Assembly: GCA_035652075.1 (NCBI GenBank)
Contig: DASREL010000056.1
Location: forward strand, 28,888-52,887
DNA from: Vicinamibacterales bacterium
Lineage (GTDB): Bacteria > Acidobacteriota > Vicinamibacteria > Vicinamibacterales > CAVVIG01
Length of the DNA stretch: 24,000 nt
Direction of reading: 5' to 3'
In this document: positions 16,191 to 24,000 of the stretch, in pieces
Layout of the letters: the number at the start of each line of letters is the position of its first letter
How positions within the stretch are numbered: position 1 is the first letter of the stretch
The notes under the pieces: generated by a model
The model's database searches: none
Seen by the model: the letters and a program-made list of their open reading frames with translations, nothing else
Told to the model about the DNA's origin: nothing
Made by a program: the position numbers and the translations under genes

Positions 16191-16207
16191 TGTGCAGCGA
16201 ACGGGCA
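16174..16207 (-). promoter_or_regulatory. 13-bp direct repeat (minus strand TGCCCGTTCGCTG x2) with 21-bp phasing upstream of the radical SAM gene
   Basis: Exact copies at 16174..16186 and 16195..16207. The proximal copy forms part of the hairpin 5' arm and loop. A regulatory role is an inference. Confidence 0.4.
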
Positions 16208-16259
16208 GGAGCCGTACTCGGATGGTCAAATGCCGACTTCAACGGTCGTATATTTCGGC

Positions 16260-16724
16260 CTAGTGGCGGACGAGGTTGAAGAAGGACTTTTGAAAGACCG
16301 GCGTCAACGTTTCCCACAGAATCACCGAGCCTTGCCCGATGAAGTACGAATCGCCTGGCGTGAGAATCGTCGATGTGCCGTTGGCGTCGGTGACCTTCAG
16401 AACCCCATGCAGCACCTGAATGTGCTCGTCGAACGGGAAGACGATCTGGATCGTCGCTTGTCCGATCTGTTCGAAGATGCCGTGGGCTTCGGTGCCGTCG
16501 GCGCTGATGCCGTCGAACCGCGCTTTGATCGTCGGGTTGCCTGACAGGACCGTGCCGCCAAGCTGCGCCATCAGCGGCGTCAGATCGACGAAGTTCGCAT
16601 CGTCGACGGGACGGCCGGCGCGGTAAATCGTGACGCCGGATTCGCTGGCGAGCGTTGCCGTCGCGAGCGACAGACAGGTCCCGGCCAGAACGATTGTTCG
16701 CAAAACCGATCTCGTGAGCATCAT
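16260..16724 (-). CDS. Secreted cupin-fold protein (DUF861/EutQ-like cupin_3 pattern)
   Basis: AAGGAG SD 6 nt upstream of the ATG at 16724; the track start at 16751 lacks one. Signal peptide MMLTRSVLRTIVLAGTCLSLATATLA. Cupin-like core FPFDEHIQVLHGVLKVTDANG...LTPGDSYFIGQGSVILWE. Confidence 0.68.
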   Translation of the reverse strand: MMLTRSVLRTIVLAGTCLSLATATLASESGVTIYRAGRPVDDANFVDLTPLMAQLGGTVLSGNPTIKARFDGISADGTEAHGIFEQIGQATIQIVFPFDEHIQVLHGVLKVTDANGTSTILTPGDSYFIGQGSVILWETLTPVFQKSFFNLVRH

Positions 16725-16769
16725 CGTGATCTCCTTTCTGTCTACGGTCATCGGTGCGGCGTCGTGGGA

Positions 16770-17507
16770 CTACGCCGCGACATTCGTGAGCGGACGCGGG
16801 TCGTAGTACGGACGTGCTTCGGTGATTGCGCCGTCGATCACGTGGAACCAGTCGAACGCCGGAATCACACCGTGGACGGTGTCGAGTTCGAACCGCGCGG
16901 CGACTTGATCACCGTCGCTCAACATCTGCAGGACGCGGACGCCGGTGACGAGCGGGAACACGCCTCGCAAGAAATCGCGCACGGCGGCGTCACCGCGAAG
17001 TGCGGGCCCGATCGGACCTTCGAAACGGATGTCCGACGCGAACGGCATATCGTCTGCGTTTTTCGCGCGCAGGCCGTCGAAGTACGCTGTCACCGCCGTA
17101 AGGTTCGCGTTCGGTGCCATGTAGAATTCCCACGCGATCCGATCGGGGTCCTTGAATGCGACGTACTGACGGTTCAGCGTCGGATCGACCTTGACGCCGG
17201 TGTTCTCGACGCCGGCGGTCGCGAGCGCCGACGCAACGCGCTGTAACTCCTTGTCGTCGCCGCACGCGAGCGCCAGATGATCCAGACCGGCACGAAACGG
17301 ACTGAATGCGTCGCCGGCCGGCGTTTGCGCCTCAGGTCCTCGGACAGCAATCGCCGTCTGGCCGGCGAGGAAGAGGAAGATCCCCGGCGCTTCGAGGACG
17401 ACAGGGAATCCGAGCGTGTCGGCGTAGAAGCGTCGCGAGCGTGCCAGATCGGTCGAGCGTAACGCCACGTGGTGCACGCCCTGGGTGGTGATGCCAATCG
17501 TCTTCAT
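16770..17507 (-). CDS. VOC (glyoxalase/bleomycin-resistance/dioxygenase) domain fused to a SnoaL/NTF2-like domain
   Basis: N-terminal half GVHHVALRSTDLARSRRFYADTLGFPVV...GLDHLALA...FKDPDRIAWEFY is VOC-typical. The C-terminal half (VTAYFDGLRAKNADDM...ARFELDT...FHVIDGAITEARPYYD) is SnoaL-like. Confidence 0.8.
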   Translation of the reverse strand: MKTIGITTQGVHHVALRSTDLARSRRFYADTLGFPVVLEAPGIFLFLAGQTAIAVRGPEAQTPAGDAFSPFRAGLDHLALACGDDKELQRVASALATAGVENTGVKVDPTLNRQYVAFKDPDRIAWEFYMAPNANLTAVTAYFDGLRAKNADDMPFASDIRFEGPIGPALRGDAAVRDFLRGVFPLVTGVRVLQMLSDGDQVAARFELDTVHGVIPAFDWFHVIDGAITEARPYYDPRPLTNVAA

Positions 17508-17623
17508 GTGTGTCGCCTCCTGGAATGGCAGATTACGGGTGACGACGGCCGCAGGTCCTTAGGCGGACCTGAAAGACATCCAAAAGATTTCCAAAACGTC
17601 GGCTGGCGTAGAATCCGCTCCCC

Positions 17624-19339
17624 GTGGAATTGACGTATCGGTTCGGGCCGTTCGAGTTGCATCCGCGTGAGTACACGCTGATGCGCGACGGTCATCCGGT
17701 CAGGCTGACACCCAAAGCGTTCGACACGCTGCGGCTGCTCCTGGAACGGCGCGGTGAACTCGTCACCAAAGATGCGCTGATGGCCGCGCTCTGGCCCGAT
17801 GCGATCGTCGAAGAGGCGAACCTGTCGGTGCAGATTGCGACACTGCGCAAGGTGCTCGGCACGGAACGCGGTCGCGAGTACATCGAAACAGTACCGAAGC
17901 GCGGGTACCGATTCGTGGCCGACGTGGTCTCGCCGTCCGACGCACCCTCCGCGCGGCGCACGGTCGCCGTCCTCCCGTTGAAGATTCTGCGAAGCCATCC
18001 CGATGGCGATTTCCTGGCGTTCGGCTTGGCCGACGCGGTCGCGGCGTCGCTCGCCGAGCGCGACGAACTCGCCGTGCGGTCGCCACTCGCGATGCAGCGC
18101 TACGGCACCGCGACTGATCTGGCGACGATTGCGACTGCCGTGCAGGCTCAGTTCGCGTTGACGGGTACGCTGTCCACCGCCGGCGATGCCGTGACGGTTC
18201 GATTCCAACTCCTCGAGCTGCCCGAGGGGACGGTCCGCTGGTCTGCGGCGCGAACGGCCAAAATCGATGACCTGTTTGCGGTGCAGGACGCCGTGGCCGA
18301 CGGGGTCGTCGCCGCATTGCGCGGAACCGAGACGGCGCACATGCCTGCAGCCGAGGCCGGTCGCAGTCGATCCTCGAGTCGAGGAGGCTACGCCTTGTAT
18401 TTACGGGCGAACCAGCTCGCGTACGAGGCGAGCCGATGGAGCGATGCGCGCGACCTGTATCGCGCATCGATCGAGGCCGACCCGACTTTCGCGCCCGCTT
18501 GGGCGCGTCTCGCCAGGTGCGAACGATTGATTGGCAAGTTCTCTGCGTTCGCCGAAGAAACGGATGCGTGTTTCGCGCGCGCGGCGGACGCGTTCGAACG
18601 CGCGATCGCGCTCAATCCCGATCTGTCGATCGCGCATAGCTTGTATGCGCAGCTGCTGATCGACGTCGGCCGCGCTGAGGAAGCAATGGTGCGATTGACG
18701 GAACAAGCGGTGCGGCGGCCATACGAGGCCGAGCTGTTCGCCGGGCTCGTCCACGCGCTGCGGTATTGCGGACTCATCGACGCGTCGCTGGCGGCGCACC
18801 GTCGTGCCAAACGCCTCGATCCCACCGTGCCCACCAGCGTGCACCACACGTGGTGGATGAACGGCCAATACGAATCCGCCCTCGCCGAAACATTTGGCGA
18901 CATCGGCTACATGCAGGGCCTCGCCCTCGCGTCGCTCGGCCGTGAGGCCGAGGCAGCGGTGGCCCTGCGCTGGCGCGAACGGGAGACCGTCGACACGCGA
19001 ATCCGTCCGTACCTCGTCTCGTTGCGGGCGCTGCTCGAAGGCGATTACGCCGCGAGCCTCGCCGCGGTCGACGCGGCCGCAGCTCTCCCTGTCGACGCCG
19101 AGGCGCTGTATTACCTCGTCAGGACGTTCGCGCGCCTGGGCGAAGACGCACGCGCAGCCGCGGGTCTCGATCGCGTCGTGACCGGCGGCTTCTGGTGCCA
19201 TGAGACGTTCGCGCGGGATCCGTGGCTCGGCGACCTCCGGCAGCGCGCCGACGTCGCGCACACAATCGCGCGGGCACGCGAACATGCAGTGCGCGCCGAC
19301 CGGTTGTTTGGCGCATCCGGTGTCGCCCGCCTCTTCTAG
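17624..19339 (+). CDS. Cytoplasmic winged-helix (OmpR/PhoB-type) DNA-binding protein fused to sensor module and TPR-like repeats
   Basis: GTG start. Trans_reg_C motifs (FGPFELHPREYTLMRDGHPVRLTPKAFDTLRLLLE...ETVPKRGYRFVA). VAVLPL...GLADAV module with no TM helix. C-terminal TPR-like helical repeats. Confidence 0.85.
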   Translation: MELTYRFGPFELHPREYTLMRDGHPVRLTPKAFDTLRLLLERRGELVTKDALMAALWPDAIVEEANLSVQIATLRKVLGTERGREYIETVPKRGYRFVADVVSPSDAPSARRTVAVLPLKILRSHPDGDFLAFGLADAVAASLAERDELAVRSPLAMQRYGTATDLATIATAVQAQFALTGTLSTAGDAVTVRFQLLELPEGTVRWSAARTAKIDDLFAVQDAVADGVVAALRGTETAHMPAAEAGRSRSSSRGGYALYLRANQLAYEASRWSDARDLYRASIEADPTFAPAWARLARCERLIGKFSAFAEETDACFARAADAFERAIALNPDLSIAHSLYAQLLIDVGRAEEAMVRLTEQAVRRPYEAELFAGLVHALRYCGLIDASLAAHRRAKRLDPTVPTSVHHTWWMNGQYESALAETFGDIGYMQGLALASLGREAEAAVALRWRERETVDTRIRPYLVSLRALLEGDYAASLAAVDAAAALPVDAEALYYLVRTFARLGEDARAAAGLDRVVTGGFWCHETFARDPWLGDLRQRADVAHTIARAREHAVRADRLFGASGVARLF

Positions 19340-19342
19340 GAT

Positions 19343-20083
19343 CTAGATTCCGAGGCGCTGCTTCAGATCACGCACGCGATCGCGGGCGACGCTGAGCTCG
19401 GTTCTCTTTTCGTCCTTCAACCGCACGAGCATGCCACCGTCCACATCAGGGAACAGTTCCTGGATCATCGGCACGTTCACGATCGTCGCGCGGTGGATGC
19501 GCGCGAACCGGCGCGCGTCGAGTTGATCCTCGAGTTCCGACAACGTGTGATCGATCACGTGCTCGCGCCCGTTGATCGACGCGAACGTCAGCTTGTCCTT
19601 CGCGAAGAAATACGTGACGCGGGCGACCTCGAGGATCGTCGTCCGCTCGCCGACGCGCGACGCGATGCGTTCGACCCTGCGGTTCGGCGCCAGTTCGGCC
19701 GCCAATTGTTTCGCCAGTGACCGCACGTCGGGCTGACGCACGCGTGCCAGTTTGTCGAGCGCCTTCTCCAAGCGTTCGGGCTCGATCGGCTTCAGCAGGT
19801 AGTCGATCGAGTTCACCTCGAACGCATTGAGCGCGTAGCGGTCGAACGCCGTCGTGAACACGACGACCGGCGGATCGGGCAGCTGCGCGAGCAACTCGAA
19901 GCCGGTCATCCCCGGCATCTGGATGTCGAGGAACAGCACGTCGACGCGCGTCTCTCGCAGGAACGCGAGCGCCTCTTCGGGATCGGTCGCGCTGCCGGCA
20001 ATCTCCACGCGGCCCGTCGCCTCGAGCAGCCGCGAGAGCCGTTGCACCGCTAACCGTTCGTCGTCGACGATGAAGGCACGCAT
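19343..20083 (-). CDS. LytTR-family response regulator (receiver + LytTR DNA-binding domain)
   Basis: Receiver motifs MRAFIVDDE, DVLFLDIQMPGMTGFEL and VVFTTAF. C-terminal LytTR-like segment (YFFAKDKLTFASINGREHVIDHTLSELEDQL...FARIHRATIVN). Confidence 0.92.
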   Translation of the reverse strand: MRAFIVDDERLAVQRLSRLLEATGRVEIAGSATDPEEALAFLRETRVDVLFLDIQMPGMTGFELLAQLPDPPVVVFTTAFDRYALNAFEVNSIDYLLKPIEPERLEKALDKLARVRQPDVRSLAKQLAAELAPNRRVERIASRVGERTTILEVARVTYFFAKDKLTFASINGREHVIDHTLSELEDQLDARRFARIHRATIVNVPMIQELFPDVDGGMLVRLKDEKRTELSVARDRVRDLKQRLGI

Positions 20084-21111
20084 AGGGACACCGTTGTGGG
20101 ATCGTTGGTGATGTCCAGCGATCCGCGATCGGCAAACAACATCTGCAGTCGCGCCCGCAGCAGGGCGAGACCATGTCCGTCCGGCAATGCGATGGCGTCG
20201 AAGCCGGCACCGTCGTCGGTGACGTCGACGCGAAGCCGCCCGTCACGCAGCGACGCGCGTACCGCGATCGTTCCGCCCTCGCGCCGCGGCGACACCGCGT
20301 ACTTCACGCTGTTCTCGACCAGCGTTTGAATCGACATCCGCGGCACGCGCACCTCCGCGGCCGGCGCGTCGGTGTCGATGGAGTAGCGGAGACGGTCACC
20401 GAATCGGACGCGCTCGATGTCGAGGTAGTGTCGCACCAGCGTCAGCTCGTCGCCCAGTGGTACGAGCGGCGAGTTCGGTCCGTCGAGCGACGACCGCAAC
20501 AGCGACGCAAGCTGCGTCGTCATCTTCTCGGCGCCCGCCGGATCCTCGTGCGTCAAGGCGGCAATCGAGTTGAGCGTGTTGAACAGAAAGTGCGGCTGCA
20601 CCCGATTTTCGAGCGAGGCGAGCTGCGCCTGCGTGCTTGCCTGGGCGAGCCGCGCCTTGTTCATCTCGTGCAGGGTGATGAACAGGCCGACGGTCAACGT
20701 CACCGCGACCGAAATGCGCATCGACCCGTAGTACCAATGCCAGAAATGATTCGTGGGCAGGTATCCGATCAGCGTGAGGATGAATATCGCGACGGCGCTG
20801 CCCGCAAGCGCAAACGCCGTCATCGAGAGAGTAATCGCGATCCAGTTGAACGGAAATCCGAAGCGGCACCAGAGGAGCGGGGCGAGGCGCGGCATCGCAA
20901 AGCTCGTCATCGGTCCGATGCAGACGCTGAACAGGAGCGCGACACCAATCGCTTCCGTAATCGTTCGCCACGACGCCCGATCGCTCACGTCGCTGAACAC
21001 AAACGTGATCGCCACGGCCATCGCGACGTACATCGCCGCGATCCGCAGCCACCGCCCTCGGTGCCTCGACTGTCGACTGTTGACTGTCGACTGTCGACTT
21101 ACTTGTGACAT
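20050..21111 (-). CDS. LytS/YehU-type sensor histidine kinase (His_kinase PF06580-like + HATPase_c) with about 4 TM helices
   Basis: LENRVQPHFLFNTLNSIAAL H-box region, LVENSVKYAV N-box and DDGAGF G-box. I chose the ATG at 21111 (MSQVSRQ...) because a start at Met-44 would truncate TM1 (RWLRIAAMYVAMAVAITFVF). It overlaps the upstream gene by 13 nt and the downstream regulator by 34 nt. Confidence 0.85.
   Translation of the reverse strand: MSQVSRQSTVNSRQSRHRGRWLRIAAMYVAMAVAITFVFSDVSDRASWRTITEAIGVALLFSVCIGPMTSFAMPRLAPLLWCRFGFPFNWIAITLSMTAFALAGSAVAIFILTLIGYLPTNHFWHWYYGSMRISVAVTLTVGLFITLHEMNKARLAQASTQAQLASLENRVQPHFLFNTLNSIAALTHEDPAGAEKMTTQLASLLRSSLDGPNSPLVPLGDELTLVRHYLDIERVRFGDRLRYSIDTDAPAAEVRVPRMSIQTLVENSVKYAVSPRREGGTIAVRASLRDGRLRVDVTDDGAGFDAIALPDGHGLALLRARLQMLFADRGSLDITNDPTTVSLCVPSSSTTNG
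21066..21100 (-). repeat. 7-bp tandem repeat, 5 units (plus strand TCGACTG TCGACTG TTGACTG TCGACTG TCGACTT)
   Basis: Read directly from the sequence. Its last two bases overlap the TAA stop of the TPR-CxxCH gene, and it covers codons 4-15 of the kinase if the kinase starts at 21111. Confidence 0.85.
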
Positions 21112-21782
21112 CCCGCGCAGCCTATTCCGTCCGCCTTCGGGACCGTTCCGGTCTCGAGCCACGTCTTCGCGCGCGGCGTCTGACCCGATTGTGGCGCGTC
21201 GTTGATCAGACGCTCGAAGTACGCGCGCGCCTTGTCCTGCCGTCCGAGTCGTGCGGATCCTTCAGCCAGTCCGAACAACAGTTCCCCTTTTGCGTGATCG
21301 CCGAGCGTTTTCCACGACGCCGCCTGGATGTCGAGGACGTGCTCGTAGTTGGTCACCGCCGATTCGAGCAGCGGGCGTCCCATGTCGGGCGGCATGTTCT
21401 TGGTCGCCTCGATGAGCACGGCGGCCCGTGGAATCAGCACGCCAGGATTATCCGGCGCGAGCGCCACGGCGTCATTCATTTCCTTCATGCCGCGCTGGAA
21501 CAACTGACCGCCCGCTGCCGCATCGCCTTTTTGAAACGCCTGGCCGCCTTGGCTCAGCAGAATGGCACCGTGCCAGACGAGGGCTTCCGGGTGATTGGGA
21601 CTCTGGGCGAGCGTTTGCTCGCACACATCGAGCGCTTTCTTCATCCGCGCTTGGTCGCCGGCGACGCCGGCGAAGAAGTCGGCGCGGACGAGGTAATCGA
21701 ACCGCTGCTGGCCCGACACCGGCGCTTGAACGAGCGAGAACAGGAGCGCGACGACGCCGGCGACCACTGAAACGACTGTCAT
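21099..21782 (-). CDS. Exported TPR-like helical-repeat protein ending in a CxxCH motif (possible c-type heme attachment site)
   Basis: GGAGGG SD upstream of the ATG at 21782. Hydrophobic N-terminus MTVVSVVAGVVALLFSLVQAPVSG. TPR-like repeats (ALDVCEQTLAQSPNHPEALVWHG, AVALAPDNPG, KARAYFERLINDAP). The C-terminus is ...GIGCAGCHK. The upstream part of track ORF 21099..22262 is low-complexity and is discarded. Confidence 0.65.
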   Translation of the reverse strand: MTVVSVVAGVVALLFSLVQAPVSGQQRFDYLVRADFFAGVAGDQARMKKALDVCEQTLAQSPNHPEALVWHGAILLSQGGQAFQKGDAAAGGQLFQRGMKEMNDAVALAPDNPGVLIPRAAVLIEATKNMPPDMGRPLLESAVTNYEHVLDIQAASWKTLGDHAKGELLFGLAEGSARLGRQDKARAYFERLINDAPQSGQTPRAKTWLETGTVPKADGIGCAGCHK

Positions 21783-21882
21783 GATCTTCCCTCCACCGTG
21801 ATGGTCCTGCCGTTTCGCGCCGGTCAGTGACGAATGGTGACGAAAGGGCGAACCGGTTGGATGAGAGGTAAGATCCGACATC

Positions 21883-24000
21883 ATGAAACGCGCTCTTATT
21901 CTGGGAACTGTGCTGGCGGTAGCTGCGCTCGCGCCGGTGGGCTCGGCGCAGAACCGCATGTCGTATTCGGTCGTGTCCGCCGACAGCGGGCACGTCGCGC
22001 TCGGACTGGCGATCAGAAAACTCAACGTCGCCGGAACCTTCATGCAGGCGCCGGCGCATCCCGACGACGAAACGAATGCGCTGCTGGCGTGGACGGCGCA
22101 TGGCCTCGGCCTGCGGACGATCGACGTGCAGAACAACCGCGGCGAAGGCGGACAGAACGAAATCGGCCCCGAGCTCTTCCGCGATATCGGCGTGCTGCGC
22201 ACCTCCGAGCTGTTGTCGGCGCATCGCATTGACGGCGCCGAGCAGTACTTCACGCGCGCCATCGACTACGGTTACTCGTTCGATCCCGAAGAAGTGATCA
22301 ACAAGTGGGGCCGCGACGACATCATCAGCGACTACGTGCGCTTCATCCGCACGTTCCGCCCCGACGTCCTCGTGACGATGAACATCCAGGGTCGCGGCGG
22401 CGACCGCGCGCACGAAGCGACGACGGTCCTCGTGCGCGAAGCGTACAAAGCTGCCGGCGATCCCAATCGCTACCCGGAACAAATCGCGCAGGGGTTGCGG
22501 GCGTGGCAGCCGAAGAAGCTCTACTTCAATGCTGGATTTGGCGTCATCGGCGCGGGAGGGCGCGGTGGTCGCGGAGCGCCGCAGCCACAAACGCCCGCGC
22601 CCGGCGTGAAAGTGACGCGCGTGAACACCGCGCAGTACGACGAGCTGCTCGGACGCACGTACGCTGACATCGGCACCGATGCGCGCAGCAATCACAAGTG
22701 CCAGGGCGCGAACGGCATGCCGGCGCTGCCCGGCTTCGGCGGCGGACGCGGTTTCGGCAACGGTCCGCTGCAGTACTCGCTCGTCGATTCGACGATCGCC
22801 GGTCAGATGCAGAAAGACGAGTCCAGCATCTTCGACAACGTCGACATCAGCCTGTCCGGCATCCTGCAGTACGCCGGCGCGAATCCGCCCGAGGCGCTGA
22901 AGACCGGCGTCGCCGCGATCGTCGAGCAGGCGCAGAAGGCGAAAGCGGCGTTCGATGCCGGCAACGACGAAGCGACGGCCGCGCCGATCGAAGCCGGCCT
23001 GACGGCACTGCGCGCGCTGCGGTCGCAACTCGGATCGATGCAGTTGTCGGCCGCGGCCCGCTACGAGATCGACTTCCGCTTGAAGAACAAGGAACGCGAT
23101 TACGAAGACGCGGTGATTGCGGCGCACGGTCTCTCGTTCGATGCCGTCGCCGACGATGGCCTGGTGATCGCCGGTCAGCCGGTGAAACTTTCGATCCTGT
23201 CGGTCAATCGCGGCGCAAGCGACGTCAACGTCGACGCCGTCAACATCAACGGCTTCGATGCGCCGACGACGTGCCAGCCGAACGCCGTGAAGAAGGACGC
23301 GGTCTACACGTGCAGCGCTGATGCGCGCATTCCTAAGACCGCAAAGCCGACGTCGCCGTACTACATGGACGACTACTGGTCGCACCCATCGAACCAGGCG
23401 ATCAACAAGTTCGATCCGTCGGTGCCGTTCGGCGTGCCGTTCGCGCCGACGCCGTTCCGCGTCGTCTATCACGTCAAGGCCGGCAGCGTCGACATCACGA
23501 AAGACGTGCCGGTGCAGTTCCGCTACGTCAAGGACATTTACTACGGCGACAAGCGCATGGAGCTGAACGTCGTCCCATCGTTCTCGGTGAAGGCGACGCC
23601 GTCGCTGCTCGTGATTCCGGCCCCGGCCGCGGGGGCGCAGGCGATTGAGCGCGAGCTGCACGTCGCCGTGACGAACGGCACGAAGGGCGCGGCCACCGTC
23701 ACTGTCGCGCTCGAGCTGCCGACCGGGTGGCGCGCCACGCCGGCTTCGTCACCGATCGCGTTCACTCACGAAGACGAGTCGCTGACCGCGCGGTTCGTCG
23801 TGACCGCACCGGCGAACCTCCGCGTCGGCGAGTACGGCTTCCGGGCCGTCGTCACGTCCACCGAAACCGGTGCCGAACGCTTTGCGACCGGGTATCAGGA
23901 GATCGAATATCCGCACATCCAGCGGCGCCAGGTGATCAAGCCGGCGGAAACGACCGTCAAGGTCGTCGACGTGAAGACGACGCCGAACATCAGCGTTGGG
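21883..24000 (+). CDS. Secreted PIG-L/LmbE-family deacetylase-like protein with long C-terminal extension (3' end beyond the window)
   Basis: Not in the ORF track because there is no stop codon in the window. My translation from the ATG at 21883 gives MKRALILGTVLAVAALAPVGSAQ... (signal peptide), then the family motif QAPAHPDDETN and later GGDRAHEATTVL. The frame (position mod 3 = 1) stays open to base 24000, and the long antisense ORF 21472..23661 is its shadow. Confidence 0.8.
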   Translation, partial: MKRALILGTVLAVAALAPVGSAQNRMSYSVVSADSGHVALGLAIRKLNVAGTFMQAPAHPDDETNALLAWTAHGLGLRTIDVQNNRGEGGQNEIGPELFRDIGVLRTSELLSAHRIDGAEQYFTRAIDYGYSFDPEEVINKWGRDDIISDYVRFIRTFRPDVLVTMNIQGRGGDRAHEATTVLVREAYKAAGDPNRYPEQIAQGLRAWQPKKLYFNAGFGVIGAGGRGGRGAPQPQTPAPGVKVTRVNTAQYDELLGRTYADIGTDARSNHKCQGANGMPALPGFGGGRGFGNGPLQYSLVDSTIAGQMQKDESSIFDNVDISLSGILQYAGANPPEALKTGVAAIVEQAQKAKAAFDAGNDEATAAPIEAGLTALRALRSQLGSMQLSAAARYEIDFRLKNKERDYEDAVIAAHGLSFDAVADDGLVIAGQPVKLSILSVNRGASDVNVDAVNINGFDAPTTCQPNAVKKDAVYTCSADARIPKTAKPTSPYYMDDYWSHPSNQAINKFDPSVPFGVPFAPTPFRVVYHVKAGSVDITKDVPVQFRYVKDIYYGDKRMELNVVPSFSVKATPSLLVIPAPAAGAQAIERELHVAVTNGTKGAATVTVALELPTGWRATPASSPIAFTHEDESLTARFVVTAPANLRVGEYGFRAVVTSTETGAERFATGYQEIEYPHIQRRQVIKPAETTVKVVDVKTTPNISVG

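Noticed and set aside
16165-16242. 25-codon TTG-initiated minus-strand ORF (MKSAFDHPSTAPARSLHRVARSLKV) reading through both 13-bp repeats. I considered it as a leader peptide or RiPP precursor for the radical SAM enzyme.
   Set aside because: It has no SD, a rare TTG start and no Cys or other typical precursor features. The open frame is only 26 codons long, which is compatible with chance.
14085-16544. Plus-strand ORFs 14085..15458, 15508..16041 and 15561..16544, antisense to the radical SAM and cupin genes.
   Set aside because: They have no motifs and a composition typical of antisense frames. The minus frame encodes a complete radical SAM enzyme.
17552-17571. 7-bp inverted repeat CAGGTCC-N6-GGACCTG, and a TAGAAT box (17609..17614) 9 nt before the GTG start of the wHTH-TPR gene.
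   Set aside because: Short inverted repeats of this size are expected many times by chance in this window. The -10-like hexamer has no convincing -35. Both are noted only as weak promoter or operator candidates.
21827-21844. 8-bp direct repeat GTGACGAA-TG-GTGACGAA in the divergent promoter region between the TPR-CxxCH gene and the PIG-L gene.
   Set aside because: Several 8-bp repeats within about 20 bp are expected by chance in 24 kb, and I have no supporting second copy. It is only worth revisiting if a motif search finds it upstream of other genes.
21472-23661. 729-aa minus-strand ORF.
   Set aside because: It is Arg-rich and motif-free. Part of it is antisense to the well-supported PIG-L-like gene, which starts at 21883 with a signal peptide and an HPDDE motif. 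The remainder (21472..21782) is an out-of-frame overlap with the TPR-CxxCH gene.
1-24000. Scan for tRNA, rRNA, CRISPR arrays, transposases, integrases, toxin-antitoxin pairs or known defence-system genes.
   Set aside because: Intergenic space totals only a few hundred bases and contains no cloverleaf-like or spacer-repeat structures. No ORF shows transposase, integrase or nuclease hallmark motifs that I could recognise.

Overview
This is a GC-rich, densely packed chromosomal window with strong GC3 bias. It has about 20 genes and no rRNA, tRNA, CRISPR or obvious mobile element. The gene content looks like an Acidobacteriota-type or similar soil bacterium, but that is an inference from gene families only: a CarboxypepD_reg-type TonB-dependent receptor, a Hanks kinase with TPR repeats, and wHTH-TPR regulators.

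Main blocks, in order:
- A convergent pair: an RCC1-repeat protein and a TonB-dependent receptor.
- A translationally coupled, largely exported operon: S9 peptidase, unknown protein, RidA-like protein, ToxR/CadC-like regulator.
- A Tat-signal ankyrin protein.
- A minus-strand cluster: Tat-exported two-domain multicopper oxidase (MCO), polytopic membrane protein, receptor Ser/Thr kinase, His-rich protein.
- A 702-aa radical SAM enzyme bracketed by two hairpin/T-tract elements. I read it as a COG1964, MJ0619/Tes (GDGT-MAS)-like candidate membrane-spanning-lipid synthase.
- A secreted cupin and a VOC-SnoaL fusion.
- A wHTH-TPR regulator.
- A module of TPR-like protein ending in CxxCH, LytS-like kinase and LytTR regulator.
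- A 5' complete, 3' truncated PIG-L/LmbE-type deacetylase that is missing from the ORF track because it runs off the window.

Structure not explained by the genes:
- Two 7-bp tandem repeat arrays sit immediately after stop codons. One lies inside the probable 5' end of the histidine kinase gene.
- An exact 22-bp sequence is shared in the same reading frame by two unrelated genes. One copy is embedded in a perfect 21-bp palindrome.
- A 13-bp direct repeat with 21-bp phasing lies upstream of the radical SAM gene.
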